DNA of 64,000 nucleotides from Verrucomicrobiota bacterium. GTDB lineage: Bacteria; Verrucomicrobiota; Verrucomicrobiia; Limisphaerales; SXTU01. Of this stretch, positions 36,004-45,476 are shown in pieces. The stretch spans positions 840-64,839 of the forward strand of contig JACRKB010000015.1 in NCBI GenBank assembly GCA_016235545.1, written 5' to 3'. Position 1 is the stretch's first letter; the number at the start of each line of letters is the position of its first letter. Below the pieces are notes generated by a model, which worked only from the letters and a program-made list of their open reading frames with translations, did not search any database and had not been told where the DNA came from. The position numbers and the translations under genes are program-made.

Positions 36004-37155
36004 TCAATAGATCACAGTGAAGCTGCCGTCCGGCTCCGCCACTGCCGCGGCCAGGCCCCAAGCGGGCACGCCGTCGCGGCGTTGCGGCTCGGCCGCGGGC
36101 TTGCCGTCCGGGCCGAAAACCTGCCAGGCCAGCGCGCCGCCACGCTGCCACGCGGTGCCCTCGGTCCAGACCAGCAGAGTCTCGCCGCTTTTGTTCACGG
36201 CCATGGCCGGGTGTTTGCCCTTGACCATTATTGCGGGGCTGGAAGGCGGGCCGGACTTCACCGTCTTGGCGTCGAGCGCCGCGAACTGCACCGGCCCCGC
36301 CGTCTCCCATGCGCCGAACACGCGCCCGCCCGACTCGGTGAAAGCCTCGCTGCTCATCGGGCACTGGCCGACGCGCCAGCGGTGGACGTAGTCGCCCGTG
36401 AAGCGCTCGCCCTTGTCCCGGGACACCAGCAGCATCATGTCCCGGTTCAGCGCCGTGGAAGCGGTGCGGAAGAGCGCGAAGACATGGCCCTGCGCGTCCG
36501 CGAAGGCCCGCATCCCGCAGCAGCCGCAAGCCCCGCTGGCCTCCGGGCTGATCGCGCGTTCGCCCTCGAAAGTTTTTCCATCGTCCCGCGACCGCGCGAG
36601 GAACACCGCCCGGCTTGTCTCGCCACCCTGGTTGTCCGACGGCGCGGCGTGCCAGAGCGCGAAGACATTTCCCTCGGCATCTGCGGCCACCGTCCCGCCG
36701 CCGTCGAGGTGCAGCGTGTTGCTGATCAAATTGCGCTGTGGCTCGAAGGCGGTGCCGGCGTCGTTGAGCCGGGTGTAGAGCAGCGGGGAACTTTTCGTGG
36801 CTGGCTTGGGCTCGGCCTGCCCGGAGCCGTTCCAGACGATGTGGACTCGGCCACCCTTGCCCAGCGCGAACTGCGCGCCGCGAATCGTCCCGACGGCGAT
36901 CGCGCTGCCGGGCTGGCTGTTCACGCGCAGCGGCGCGGAGAAATCTGCCTTGCCCGGCTCGCGGCGCGAGTAATAGACATCGCACTCCCTCGGCCCGCCC
37001 TTGAGATACACGAGGTGCAGCACGCCGCGCGCATCCGTGACGGCCTGCGGTTGCAGTGCTCCGCCGGGCGCGCGCTGGAGGCGGACCTCGGCGGCGGATG
37101 CGGTGCCGATGGCGAGGAGCGCGGAGCACAGGGCGAAAACGAATTTGGTTTGCAT
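36004..37155 (-). CDS. secreted beta-propeller protein (BNR/sialidase-like fold)
   Basis: ATG 37155 with signal peptide [21 protein letters not shown]. Repeated S-x-D-x-G-x-T-F/W-like blades ([16 protein letters not shown]). Unusual GACGCCGM motif. Fold call is tentative. Confidence 0.5.
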   Translation of the reverse strand: MQTKFVFALCSALLAIGTASAAEVRLQRAPGGALQPQAVTDARGVLHLVYLKGGPRECDVYYSRREPGKADFSAPLRVNSQPGSAIAVGTIRGAQFALGKGGRVHIVWNGSGQAEPKPATKSSPLLYTRLNDAGTAFEPQRNLISNTLHLDGGGTVAADAEGNVFALWHAAPSDNQGGETSRAVFLARSRDDGKTFEGERAISPEASGACGCCGMRAFADAQGHVFALFRTASTALNRDMMLLVSRDKGERFTGDYVHRWRVGQCPMSSEAFTESGGRVFGAWETAGPVQFAALDAKTVKSGPPSSPAIMVKGKHPAMAVNKSGETLLVWTEGTAWQRGGALAWQVFGPDGKPAAEPQRRDGVPAWGLAAAVAEPDGSFTVIY

Positions 37156-37199
37156 GGCTGACAGCAAAGCGCATTGGGCGGGGCCGCGCAAAACCAATC

Positions 37200-38448
37200 T
37201 TGTTGAACTCCGCCCCCGCCTCCGCCAACACTGGCGGCCTCAGTCGGCACCTCGCCAACATCCGCCGCTTCGGCGCGCCCTACCTGCGGCGCTACTGGGG
37301 CCGGCTGGCGCTGGGGATTTTTCTGGGAGTGCTCTTCGGCCTGTCCAACGCCGCCTTCGTCTGTGCCACCGGCACCCTCTTCGAGCGCCTCGCCCCATCC
37401 GGCAAGGGCACCGCGCTGGTCCTGACCAGCACCGGGCCGGTGGCGTTCAGTCGGGGGGCATCAGGCACGAGCACCAACGAGATGGTCACGCCCCGCGCCG
37501 GCACTCTCGCCATTGGTGCGGCCACGCAAATCAGCCTTCAGCCGCGGCCCGCACCGGCTGCGGAAGCCGCTTCGTTTTTCGCCCGCTTCCGCCAGCTTGG
37601 AAGGGACGCCAACGCGAGGCTGCTGGCCTTCCTTGATCCGTGGCTCCCGCTCATGGGCCGGGAGCAGGACTGGCGGCAAATCCTCGGCGGCTTCCTCTTC
37701 CTGCCGGTGCTGGTCGCGCTGCGCAGCTTCATCGGCTACTTCAGCAGCTACTGCATGGCATGGGTGAGCGCGCGAATCATGAACGACCTGCGTTTCGAAG
37801 TGCTGGCCCAGCTCTACCGGCTCTCGCTCGACTTCTTCAACCGCTCCACGATGGGCGACCTCCTCACACGCGTCACCACCGACGCCGCTGCATTGCACCG
37901 GGCGCTTTCGTTGGGCCTCTCCGACATCGTGAAGGAGCCCTTCACCATCGCCGGCGTCATCTTCGGCCTCTTCCTCCTCAGCCCCAAGCTCACGCTCGTC
38001 GCCCTCGTGTTCCTGCCATTCTGCGTCATCCCCATCGTCGTGCTTGGCCGCAAAGTTCGCCGCGCCGCAAACGCCCACGACTTCATCACGCAACTCCCGC
38101 AGGGCTACGACACCCGCGTGGGCGAACGCGGCGTGACCCTCTCCGGCGGCCAGCGCCGTCGCCTCGCCATCGCCCGCGCCTTCGTGCGTAATGCCCCCCA
38201 TCCTCCTGCTCGACGAAGCCACCTCCGCGCTCGACTCTCAATTCGAGGCCGAGGTGCAGGCCGCCATCGAGAAGCTCGAGCAGAACCGCACCGTTGTCTG
38301 CGTCGCCCACCGCCTCTCCACCCTCGCGAACATGGACCGCATCCTCGTCCTGGCCGGCGGCCGCGTCGTGGAGGAAGGCAGGTTCGACGAACTCATCAAG
38401 CGCGGCGGCCTCTTCGCCTCCATGGCTGCAAAGCAGGGCCTGCGCTGA
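37200..38448 (+). pseudogene. MsbA-like ABC exporter, internally deleted and frameshifted
   Basis: The TMD reads through TM4 (...[12 protein letters not shown]), then jumps at about 38070 straight to [28 protein letters not shown] (signature motif). TM5-6, Walker A and Q-loop are absent. The frame shifts at the C6 run 38194-38199 (RAFVRNAP | [12 protein letters not shown] continues in ORF 38191..38448). Confidence 0.8.
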
Positions 38449-38558
38449 CGCCCTGTGCCGGCGGCTTGCAGCCGCCGCTCCGTGGCCCACCCTCTCTCTT
38501 CAGCACGGTGACTACAGTCGTGCCTTGTCAGCCTCCCGAAGCCGGATAGCTTGCACCC

Positions 38559-38972
38559 GTGCAACCTCCGGTCGAAGACGTCATCCTGCTGCGAATCAGT
38601 TTCGCCTACTTGACGTTTCTCGCGCTCTATTGGGGATGGGCTGCTGCTCGCCTGAAGGAGGAAATGGCCAGAACATACTATCGCCGGTGCTGTGTGGTTC
38701 TCTCCGTTTGTTTAGCTGGGAGCTTGCTCGGGATGGTCGCTGGCGAGTTGTGGACGCTGCCGGGTTCTGCATTGTGCGCCGCAGGAGTCTTCCCTGTTTG
38801 CGGTGTGGTCTTTGCATTCATTGGCCTCGTGTATGGCACGGTCCTGCTATTCCGTCCCGCCCTGCGCAGCACCGGTATTCGAGGGCTGGGAATATCCGAT
38901 GGCTTCTTGGTGGCGCTGAACATCTCCGCGTGGCTGATCCAGACGCTCTCCTTGGAGATGGCCGGCGGTTGA
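38559..38972 (+). CDS. hypothetical membrane protein with atypical codon usage
   Basis: GTG start, 3-4 hydrophobic helices, visibly lower G+C and more A/T-ending codons than neighbours. No recognisable motif. Confidence 0.45.
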   Translation: MQPPVEDVILLRISFAYLTFLALYWGWAAARLKEEMARTYYRRCCVVLSVCLAGSLLGMVAGELWTLPGSALCAAGVFPVCGVVFAFIGLVYGTVLLFRPALRSTGIRGLGISDGFLVALNISAWLIQTLSLEMAGG

Positions 38973-39084
38973 ATCGTCGACGCACGCGCAAACATGGCGA
39001 CTGCAAGTCGTCGGCACGGCCACGGCGAACACCCGCCTTGCCCCCCGCGTCGAACGCCGGTATCACAAACGCCGCACCTCGCCC

Positions 39085-42000
39085 ATGAAACATCTCTTTC
39101 GCCCCCGAAGCAGCGTCTTCGCGATTCTCTCTCTTCTCTCCTCTATCCTCTCGCCCCGCGCCGCTGACGCGCCGCCGGACCCTCGTTTCTCGCCCGAGAT
39201 GGCCGAGTTCGTGAAGCGCTTCAAAGGTGGCGGGATGTTGCAGGACGGCTCCGCGAAGCCCACGCCCGCCGAATCGCTCAAGCAATTCCAAGTCGCCCCC
39301 GGCCTGCGCTGGGACCTCGCCGCCACCGAGCCGATGGTGCGCCAGCCGTTGAACCTGCACTTCGATGACCGCGGTCGGATGTGGGTCGTGCAGTATCTCC
39401 AATACCCGTTCCCCGCCGGCCTCAAGGTCACGAAGTATGACCAATACCTCCGCGCCATTTACGACAAGGTGCCGCCGCCGCCGCCGAACCACTTCAAGGG
39501 CAAGGACCGCATCACGATTCTCGAAGACACCAACGGCGACGGCGTCTTCGACAAGGCGAAGGACTTCGTCTCCGACCTGAACATTGCCCGCAGCGTCGTC
39601 ACCGGGCGCGGCGGCGTGTGGGTGTTGAACCCGCCTTACCTCCTCTTCTACGCCGACAAAAACCGCGACGACATCCCCGACCGCCCGCCCGAGGTGAAGC
39701 TCTCCGGCTTCGGCCTCGAAGACACGCACAGCGGCGCGAACTCGCTCGCGTGGGGGCCGGACGGCTGGCTCTACGGCGCGCACGGCAGCACCTGCACGGC
39801 GGACATCAAGGGCGTGAAATTCCTCGGTCAGGCCATCTGGCGCTACCATCCCGTTACTGGCGACTTCGAGGTCTTCGCCGAGGGCGGGGGCAACACCTTC
39901 TCCATCGAGTTCGATGCGCAGGGCCGCGTCTTCTCCGGCTCGAACTACGGCCAGACGCGCGGCCTGCACTACGCGCAAGGCGCGCTCTACATCAAGGGCT
40001 GGTCCAAGCACGGCCCCGCAATGAGTCCGTATCGCTTTGGCTGGTTCGAGCACATGGCGCACAAGGGCTACGAGCCGCGCTTCCCGCAGGCGATGCTCTA
40101 CTACGAGGGCGGCGCGATTCCGCAATACGAGGGCCACATCGTCGTCGGCATGGCGCTCACGAGCCGCGTGATGGCCAGCAAGGTCGCGCGCGACACGTCG
40201 AGCTTCCAGACCGCCGACATCGAGACCAGCGTGCTCTCCAGCAACCGCTGGTTCCGCCCCGTGGACATGAAGACCGGCCCCGACGGCGCGATTTACTTCG
40301 CCGACTGGTGCGACAGCCGTCTCAGCCACCTCGACCCGCGCGACACTTGGGACAAGGAGTCCGGCCGCATCTACCGCCTCTCCGCAACCGGCGCGAAGGT
40401 GGGCTGGGCGAAGATGGATTTTGCCAAGCTCTCCGGCGACGAACTCATCAAGCTCCTCTCGCACCCGAACAAGTGGCATCGCCAGACCGCGCTGCGCGTG
40501 CTGTGGGACCGGGGGGACAAGGCGCTGGTGCCACGGTTGAAGGAGGCCGTGTGGGCGGGAAAAGTAATTAGTGAGGAAGTAATTAGTAAGCAGTCCGGGA
40601 GCGCCCGAATCTCCGGCAGCCCACTAAACACTCAATCACTAATCACTAATCACTTTGCTCTGGAAGCCTTCTGGGCCGTGAACGCCAGCGGCGGCTTCGA
40701 CGACGCCTTTGCCCTGCAAACGCTCAAGCACCCCAACGAAATGGTCCGCTACTGGACCATCCGCCTGCTCGGCGACCGCAAGCGCGTCACGCCGCAACAG
40801 CAGGCCGCGCTGCTTGCCACCGCGAAGTCGGAACCCGCCGCCGAAGTCCGCGCGCAGCTCGCCAGCAGCGTCACGCGCCTGCCGGGCAAGGATGCCCTGC
40901 CCATCACGCGCGAGCTGCTCCTGCGCAGCGAGGACGTGAGCGACAAACACGTTCCCCTCCTGCTCTGGTGGGCCGTCGAGAGCAAGTGCGCCACCGACCG
41001 CGACGCGATTCTCCGCATGTTGGAGGACAGCACCTTCTGGCACGCGCCCATCGTGCAGAAGTTCATCATCGCGCGCCTCGGCCAGCGCTTCACCGCCGAG
41101 CGCACTGACGCCAATCTCGAAACCGCCGCGAAGCTCTTCGCCCTCGCGCCCTCGCCTGCCGATGCCGACGAACTCATCAAGGGCATGGAAGCCGGCCTGC
41201 AAGGCGACGCCGTGAAGTCCGTCCCGGCCGTGCTCTCGAAGAAGGTCGCGGAGCTTTGGGCCAGCCGCGCGCCCACGCCCACGCTCATCAGCTTCGCCGT
41301 CCGGCTCGGCCACGCGCCCGCCGCCGAGGCCGCACTCGCGCGCATCAGCGACGCGAAAGTTTCCGAGGCCGACCGCCGCAAAACCATCACGCTCCTAGCC
41401 GAGCGCCGCGTGGACGCCGCCGTGCCGACCTTCCTCAAGCTCCTTCGCTTCGAGAAGAGCGACGCGCTGCGCCTCGACTTGGTCAACGCACTCCAGCGCT
41501 TCGCCTCGCCGGACATCGCGCGCGAGCTGCTGGACCTTTACCCCGGCTTCAGCGGCAAGCTCCGCGACACAGCGCAAGCCGCGCTCGCCAGCCGACCCGA
41601 CTGGGCGCGCCGCCTCCTCGCCGCCGTGGACGAAGGCCAGCTCAAGAAGGAGCAAATCTCCATCGCGAATCTGCTCGCCATCACCGCGTTCAAGGACGCC
41701 ACGAGCGACGCCGTCATCAAGAAGCACTGGGGCCGTCGCACCCAGACGCGCGAAGCGAAGCTCGAGCAAATCGCGAAGGTGCGGAAGCTCCTCGCCGGCG
41801 CGAAGGGCGACGTGAAGGCCGGCCAGGAAATCTTCAAGCAGGCCTGCGCCGTCTGCCACACGCTCAACAAGGAGGGTGGCAAGATCGGCCCCGACCTCAC
41901 CGGCTACGAGCGCGACAACCTCGACTTCATCCTGCCCGCCATCGTGGACCCGAGCCTCGCCATCCGCGAGGAATTCATCGGGTTCAACATCGAGACCCAT

Positions 42001-42231
42001 GACGGCCAGTCGTTCGGCGGCCTCATCACGGAGATCAACGGCCAGCACGTCGTGGTGCTGGACATCGCCGGCAACAAGCACTCGCTGGCCCGCACCGACG
42101 TGAAGACCATGCAAGCCAGCCACATCTCCCTCATGCCCGAGGGCCTGCTCGACGCCTTGAGCGAGCAGCAGGTGAAGGACTTGTTCGCCTACTTCATGTC
42201 CGGCGCGCCGGTGGGGACGGGGAAGAAGTGA
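39085..42231 (+). CDS. PVC-type heme-binding CxxCH protein (dehydrogenase-like beta-propeller + HEAT repeats + cytochrome c)
   Basis: 1048 aa with signal peptide. PLNLHFDDRGRMWV propeller region, HEAT repeats, C-terminal CAVCHTLNKEGGKIGPDLTGY...MPEGLL. Confidence 0.85.
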   Translation: MKHLFRPRSSVFAILSLLSSILSPRAADAPPDPRFSPEMAEFVKRFKGGGMLQDGSAKPTPAESLKQFQVAPGLRWDLAATEPMVRQPLNLHFDDRGRMWVVQYLQYPFPAGLKVTKYDQYLRAIYDKVPPPPPNHFKGKDRITILEDTNGDGVFDKAKDFVSDLNIARSVVTGRGGVWVLNPPYLLFYADKNRDDIPDRPPEVKLSGFGLEDTHSGANSLAWGPDGWLYGAHGSTCTADIKGVKFLGQAIWRYHPVTGDFEVFAEGGGNTFSIEFDAQGRVFSGSNYGQTRGLHYAQGALYIKGWSKHGPAMSPYRFGWFEHMAHKGYEPRFPQAMLYYEGGAIPQYEGHIVVGMALTSRVMASKVARDTSSFQTADIETSVLSSNRWFRPVDMKTGPDGAIYFADWCDSRLSHLDPRDTWDKESGRIYRLSATGAKVGWAKMDFAKLSGDELIKLLSHPNKWHRQTALRVLWDRGDKALVPRLKEAVWAGKVISEEVISKQSGSARISGSPLNTQSLITNHFALEAFWAVNASGGFDDAFALQTLKHPNEMVRYWTIRLLGDRKRVTPQQQAALLATAKSEPAAEVRAQLASSVTRLPGKDALPITRELLLRSEDVSDKHVPLLLWWAVESKCATDRDAILRMLEDSTFWHAPIVQKFIIARLGQRFTAERTDANLETAAKLFALAPSPADADELIKGMEAGLQGDAVKSVPAVLSKKVAELWASRAPTPTLISFAVRLGHAPAAEAALARISDAKVSEADRRKTITLLAERRVDAAVPTFLKLLRFEKSDALRLDLVNALQRFASPDIARELLDLYPGFSGKLRDTAQAALASRPDWARRLLAAVDEGQLKKEQISIANLLAITAFKDATSDAVIKKHWGRRTQTREAKLEQIAKVRKLLAGAKGDVKAGQEIFKQACAVCHTLNKEGGKIGPDLTGYERDNLDFILPAIVDPSLAIREEFIGFNIETHDGQSFGGLITEINGQHVVVLDIAGNKHSLARTDVKTMQASHISLMPEGLLDALSEQQVKDLFAYFMSGAPVGTGKK
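40563..40654. repeat. heptamer-arm hairpin inserted in-frame within CDS 39085..42231
   Basis: AT-rich arms AGTAATTAGTGAGGAAGTAATTAGTAAG and CACTAAACACTCAATCACTAATCACTAATCACT around a GC-rich loop. Encodes KVISEEVISKQSGSARISGSPLNTQSLITN. Confidence 0.75.
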
Positions 42232-42245
42232 GCCGAGAAAGCGTT

Positions 42246-43106
42246 ATGAAAACCAACTTGGTTGCATCACTGGCTTGCGCCGCCGGTTTGGTTTTGCTCG
42301 CCGTGCGTGGCTGTCCCGCCGCGAAGGCCGCAGAAGTTGCAACGGCACCGGTCAGTCCCTTCTTCAGCGAGAGCTTTGATGACGCCCGCCTGCTCCAGCG
42401 CGGCTGGTATGACGAAGACAAGTTCACCATCGCCGCGAAGGAGGCGCACACCGGCAGCGGTTGCATCGAGTTCCGCTGGCCCGACGGGGCCTCGGTGCCC
42501 ACGGGTTGCGCGGGAATGCGCCGGCTCTTCGAGCCGAGCGAGACCGTTCATCTGCGCTTCCACATGAAGCTCTCCAAGGGCTGGGGCTGGACCGGGCGCG
42601 GCTATCACCCGCACTTGATTCAGTTCATGACCACGGAGAACGACAAGTGGCGCGGGCCGGCGAGCAGCCATCTCACCGTTTATGTCGAGCCGTGGGATGG
42701 CCGGTTGCGTCTGGCCGCGCAGGACATCCAGAACCAGGACCAGCCGCACGGCCTCACGCAAGGCCCGCTGCGCGGCGGCTTCAACGGCCAGATGTTCGAC
42801 AGCGCGGAGACGCTCTTCACCGACGACCAGTGGCACTGCATCGAGGCGATGTTCCAGCTCAACACGCTTGACCTGAAGGCGGACAAGCCGAACGCAGACG
42901 GCATCGTGCGCGCGTGGTTCGATGGCAAGCTCGTGGTGGACCGGACAAACGTCGTCCTGCGCTCCACGGATTTCCCGAAGATGAAGTTCAACCAGTTTCT
43001 GCTGAAGCCGTATTTCGGCCCCGGCCTGCTTCCGCACGCGCAGACGCTGTGGATTGATGAGCTGGCCGTGGGGCCGAAGGGCATTGCCCCGGTCGGCGGG
43101 CGATAG
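42246..43106 (+). CDS. secreted protein, possibly concanavalin-like/polysaccharide-lyase fold
   Basis: ATG 42246 with signal peptide MKTNLVASLACAAGLVLLA. Beta-rich. Function call is weak. Confidence 0.4.
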   Translation: MKTNLVASLACAAGLVLLAVRGCPAAKAAEVATAPVSPFFSESFDDARLLQRGWYDEDKFTIAAKEAHTGSGCIEFRWPDGASVPTGCAGMRRLFEPSETVHLRFHMKLSKGWGWTGRGYHPHLIQFMTTENDKWRGPASSHLTVYVEPWDGRLRLAAQDIQNQDQPHGLTQGPLRGGFNGQMFDSAETLFTDDQWHCIEAMFQLNTLDLKADKPNADGIVRAWFDGKLVVDRTNVVLRSTDFPKMKFNQFLLKPYFGPGLLPHAQTLWIDELAVGPKGIAPVGGR

Positions 43107-43186
43107 TCTGGCGACACCTTCTTGCTGGAATGGGGGGCGCATGGGGGCTTGCCAAAGTCGCACGGACTCCCCCATCTTTCACGCGT

Positions 43187-44209
43187 ATGAATAACAAGAC
43201 GGCAGTTGTGGTGTTGGTGGCCCTGAGCGTGTTGCTGGGCTTCGGGCTTCTGATGCGGCACACCAACGCAGTGGAACAGAAGAAGAAGGACGACACCGCC
43301 ATCGCCCAGCTCGAAGGCGACGTGAAGAAGACCACCGGCGAGCTGACCGACCAGAAGAAGGTCAACGAGACGCTCACAAAAACCAACGAGCTTGTCACCG
43401 CCAGCCTCGCCGCGAAAACCGAGGAGGCGAAGGCGCTGGATGCAAAGGCGCAGGCCACCGCCGCTGAACTGGCGCAGACCAAGGGCGCGCTCACCAAGTC
43501 CCAGGCCGACACCAAGGCCGCGCAGGAGCAGGGCAGAAAGATCGAGTCAACGCTCACCGCCGCCCTGACCGCCGCGCAGACCAAGGCCGCTGCCGACGCG
43601 CAGGCCGCGGCCAGCCGCTACACCGCGCTGGACAAGTCCAAGGCCGAGGAGATCGCCAGGCGCGACGGCAGCATCAAGGATTTGCAGAACACCCGCGACC
43701 AGTTGAACGCGAAGGTCGCCGCGCTGAACGCAGACATCACCAAGCTCAAGTCCACCATTGGCACTCTGAACACCCGCATCTCCTTCGTTGAGGGCGAGCT
43801 GCAGGTGACCAAGGACGACAAGTCATTCCTCACCAAGGAGCTTGCCCGGATGCAGGGCGAGCGCACGGAGATGGAGCGCAAGATGAATGACCTCGATTTC
43901 CTCAAGGAGCAGCTCTCCACCCTCAAGAGCGACCAGGCAATCGCACGCCGCGTGGACTGGATGCGCCGGGGCACGTTCATGGACGAGCGCAAGGGTGCGA
44001 CCCTGCTGAACGACGGCCTCAAGCCTCTGGCCTCCGCCAGGCCCACGACCACGAAGGGCAGCCAGCTCAACGTCGAGGTTCACCGCGATGGCACCGTGAC
44101 CATCAAGGCTCCCGCTCCCGCCGCACCGAAGGCCACCGAGTCCGGTGTCGAGAAGAGCGTGACTGTCGGCCCCAACTTCCCCGCCGCACCCGCGCCGAAG
44201 AAGAAGTGA
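43187..44209 (+). CDS. membrane-anchored coiled-coil protein, function unknown
   Basis: ATG 43187, TM VVVLVALSVLLGFGLLM, ~250 aa A/K/T/Q-rich coiled coil, P/A-rich tail. Confidence 0.7.
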   Translation: MNNKTAVVVLVALSVLLGFGLLMRHTNAVEQKKKDDTAIAQLEGDVKKTTGELTDQKKVNETLTKTNELVTASLAAKTEEAKALDAKAQATAAELAQTKGALTKSQADTKAAQEQGRKIESTLTAALTAAQTKAAADAQAAASRYTALDKSKAEEIARRDGSIKDLQNTRDQLNAKVAALNADITKLKSTIGTLNTRISFVEGELQVTKDDKSFLTKELARMQGERTEMERKMNDLDFLKEQLSTLKSDQAIARRVDWMRRGTFMDERKGATLLNDGLKPLASARPTTTKGSQLNVEVHRDGTVTIKAPAPAAPKATESGVEKSVTVGPNFPAAPAPKKK

Positions 44210-44212
44210 GCG

Positions 44213-44313
44213 GGGGAAAGTATTCAGTAGTCAGTGTTCAGTGTTCAGTCGGGGACGTTCGTCCGGCTGTCGCTCGCTGAATACCGAACACTGACTACTT
44301 AACACTTTCCCCC
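44213..44313. repeat. 37-bp-stem hairpin (CAGTGTT units) abutting the moaA start
   Basis: GGGGGAAAGTATTCAGTAGTCAGTGTTCAGTGTTCAG (44213-44249) pairs with CTGAATACCGAACACTGACTACTTAACACTTTCCCCC (44277-44313), 33/37 by my count. Ends 3 nt before ATG 44316. Confidence 0.85.
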
Positions 44314-44315
44314 TC

Positions 44316-45383
44316 ATGTCCGCCCTTTCGTTGAACGACTCCTTCGGCCGGGTGATGCGCGATCTGCGGGTGAGCATCACCGACCGCTGCAACTTCCGGT
44401 GCATGTATTGCCTGCCGGAGACGGAGGAGGCCGCGAACTTCTATCGCGGAAAGTTCGACGCGCTCAAGAACCCGCAGCCCACGTTCACGCCCATCGTCCG
44501 CGAGTGGAAGCCCAAGTCCGCGCTGCTCACTTACGAGGAGATCGAGCGCGTCGTGCGCGTCGCCGTCGGGCTGGGCATCGAGAAGGTCCGCATCACCGGC
44601 GGCGAGCCGCTCCTGCGCCGCGATGTGCCGCAGCTCGTCGCCCGCCTCGCGCCCATCCCAGGCATCCGAGACCTCGCGATGACGACGAACGGCTCGCACT
44701 TCGCCCTGCACGCCGCCGCGCTTCGCGCCGCCGGCCTCAAGCGCGTCAGCTTCAGCCTCGACTCGCTTGACCCCGAAAATTTCAAGCGCATCACGGGCCG
44801 CGACGGTCTGCACGCCGTCCTCGCCGGCATCGCGCAGGCGAAGGATCTCGGCTTCGCGCCGGTGAAGGTGAACGCCGTGGCCATCCGAGGCCTGAACGAC
44901 CACGAGCTGGAGCGCCTCGCTGAATTCGCGCGCGAACAGGACGTGAGCCTGCGCTTCATCGAGTTCATGCCGCTGGACTCGGGGCGCGCCTGGCTGCGCG
45001 ATCTCGTGGTGCCCGGTCGCGAAATCCTCGCGCGGCTGCAAGCGCGCTACGACCTGCGCGCGGTGGCGTCCGACAACAAATCCGAGACAGCGAAACGCTG
45101 GACCTTTGCGGACGGGCGCGGCGAGATCGGCATCATCGCGCCAGTGACCGAGGCCTTCTGCGGCCACTGCAACCGGCTCCGTCTCACTGCGGACGGGAAA
45201 ATCCGCACCTGCCTTTTCAGCCTGCACGAGCACGATCTCAAGCCTCTCCTGCGCGGCGGCGCGAGCGACGCCGAACTCAACGCACGCCTGCGCGAGATCG
45301 TGCTGGGCAAGGAGGACCGCCACCACATCGGCGAGCCGGGCTTCCAGCAGCCCGAGCGCACGATGAGCTGCATCGGCGGGTGA
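44316..45383 (+). CDS. moaA: GTP 3',8-cyclase (molybdenum cofactor biosynthesis protein A)
   Basis: Radical-SAM CNFRCMYC, C-terminal CGHCNRLRLTADGKIRTCLF cluster motif. Confidence 0.9.
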   Translation: MSALSLNDSFGRVMRDLRVSITDRCNFRCMYCLPETEEAANFYRGKFDALKNPQPTFTPIVREWKPKSALLTYEEIERVVRVAVGLGIEKVRITGGEPLLRRDVPQLVARLAPIPGIRDLAMTTNGSHFALHAAALRAAGLKRVSFSLDSLDPENFKRITGRDGLHAVLAGIAQAKDLGFAPVKVNAVAIRGLNDHELERLAEFAREQDVSLRFIEFMPLDSGRAWLRDLVVPGREILARLQARYDLRAVASDNKSETAKRWTFADGRGEIGIIAPVTEAFCGHCNRLRLTADGKIRTCLFSLHEHDLKPLLRGGASDAELNARLREIVLGKEDRHHIGEPGFQQPERTMSCIGG

Positions 45384-45476
45384 AGTGTGCCGGCGATTTG
45401 CAGTCGCCGCCCGCAGGCTTTGGAGCGCCCGAACTTCCCGTTTGACGCGCCTCCCGGTTCTGCAAAAGTCCCGCCC

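Noticed and set aside
37056-38549. The 497-aa ORF taken at face value as an intact protein
   Set aside because: Its 5' part overlaps the divergent beta-propeller gene. The middle lacks TM5-6 and Walker A. The 3' ~120 codons are out-of-frame read-through after a C-run frameshift. It is called a pseudogene instead.
44210-44315. Moco (molybdenum cofactor) riboswitch upstream of moaA
   Set aside because: The spacer is a simple long hairpin built from the same low-complexity units seen in other spacers. I do not see the multi-stem architecture or conserved loops expected of the Moco RNA motif. An Rfam scan is needed to be certain.
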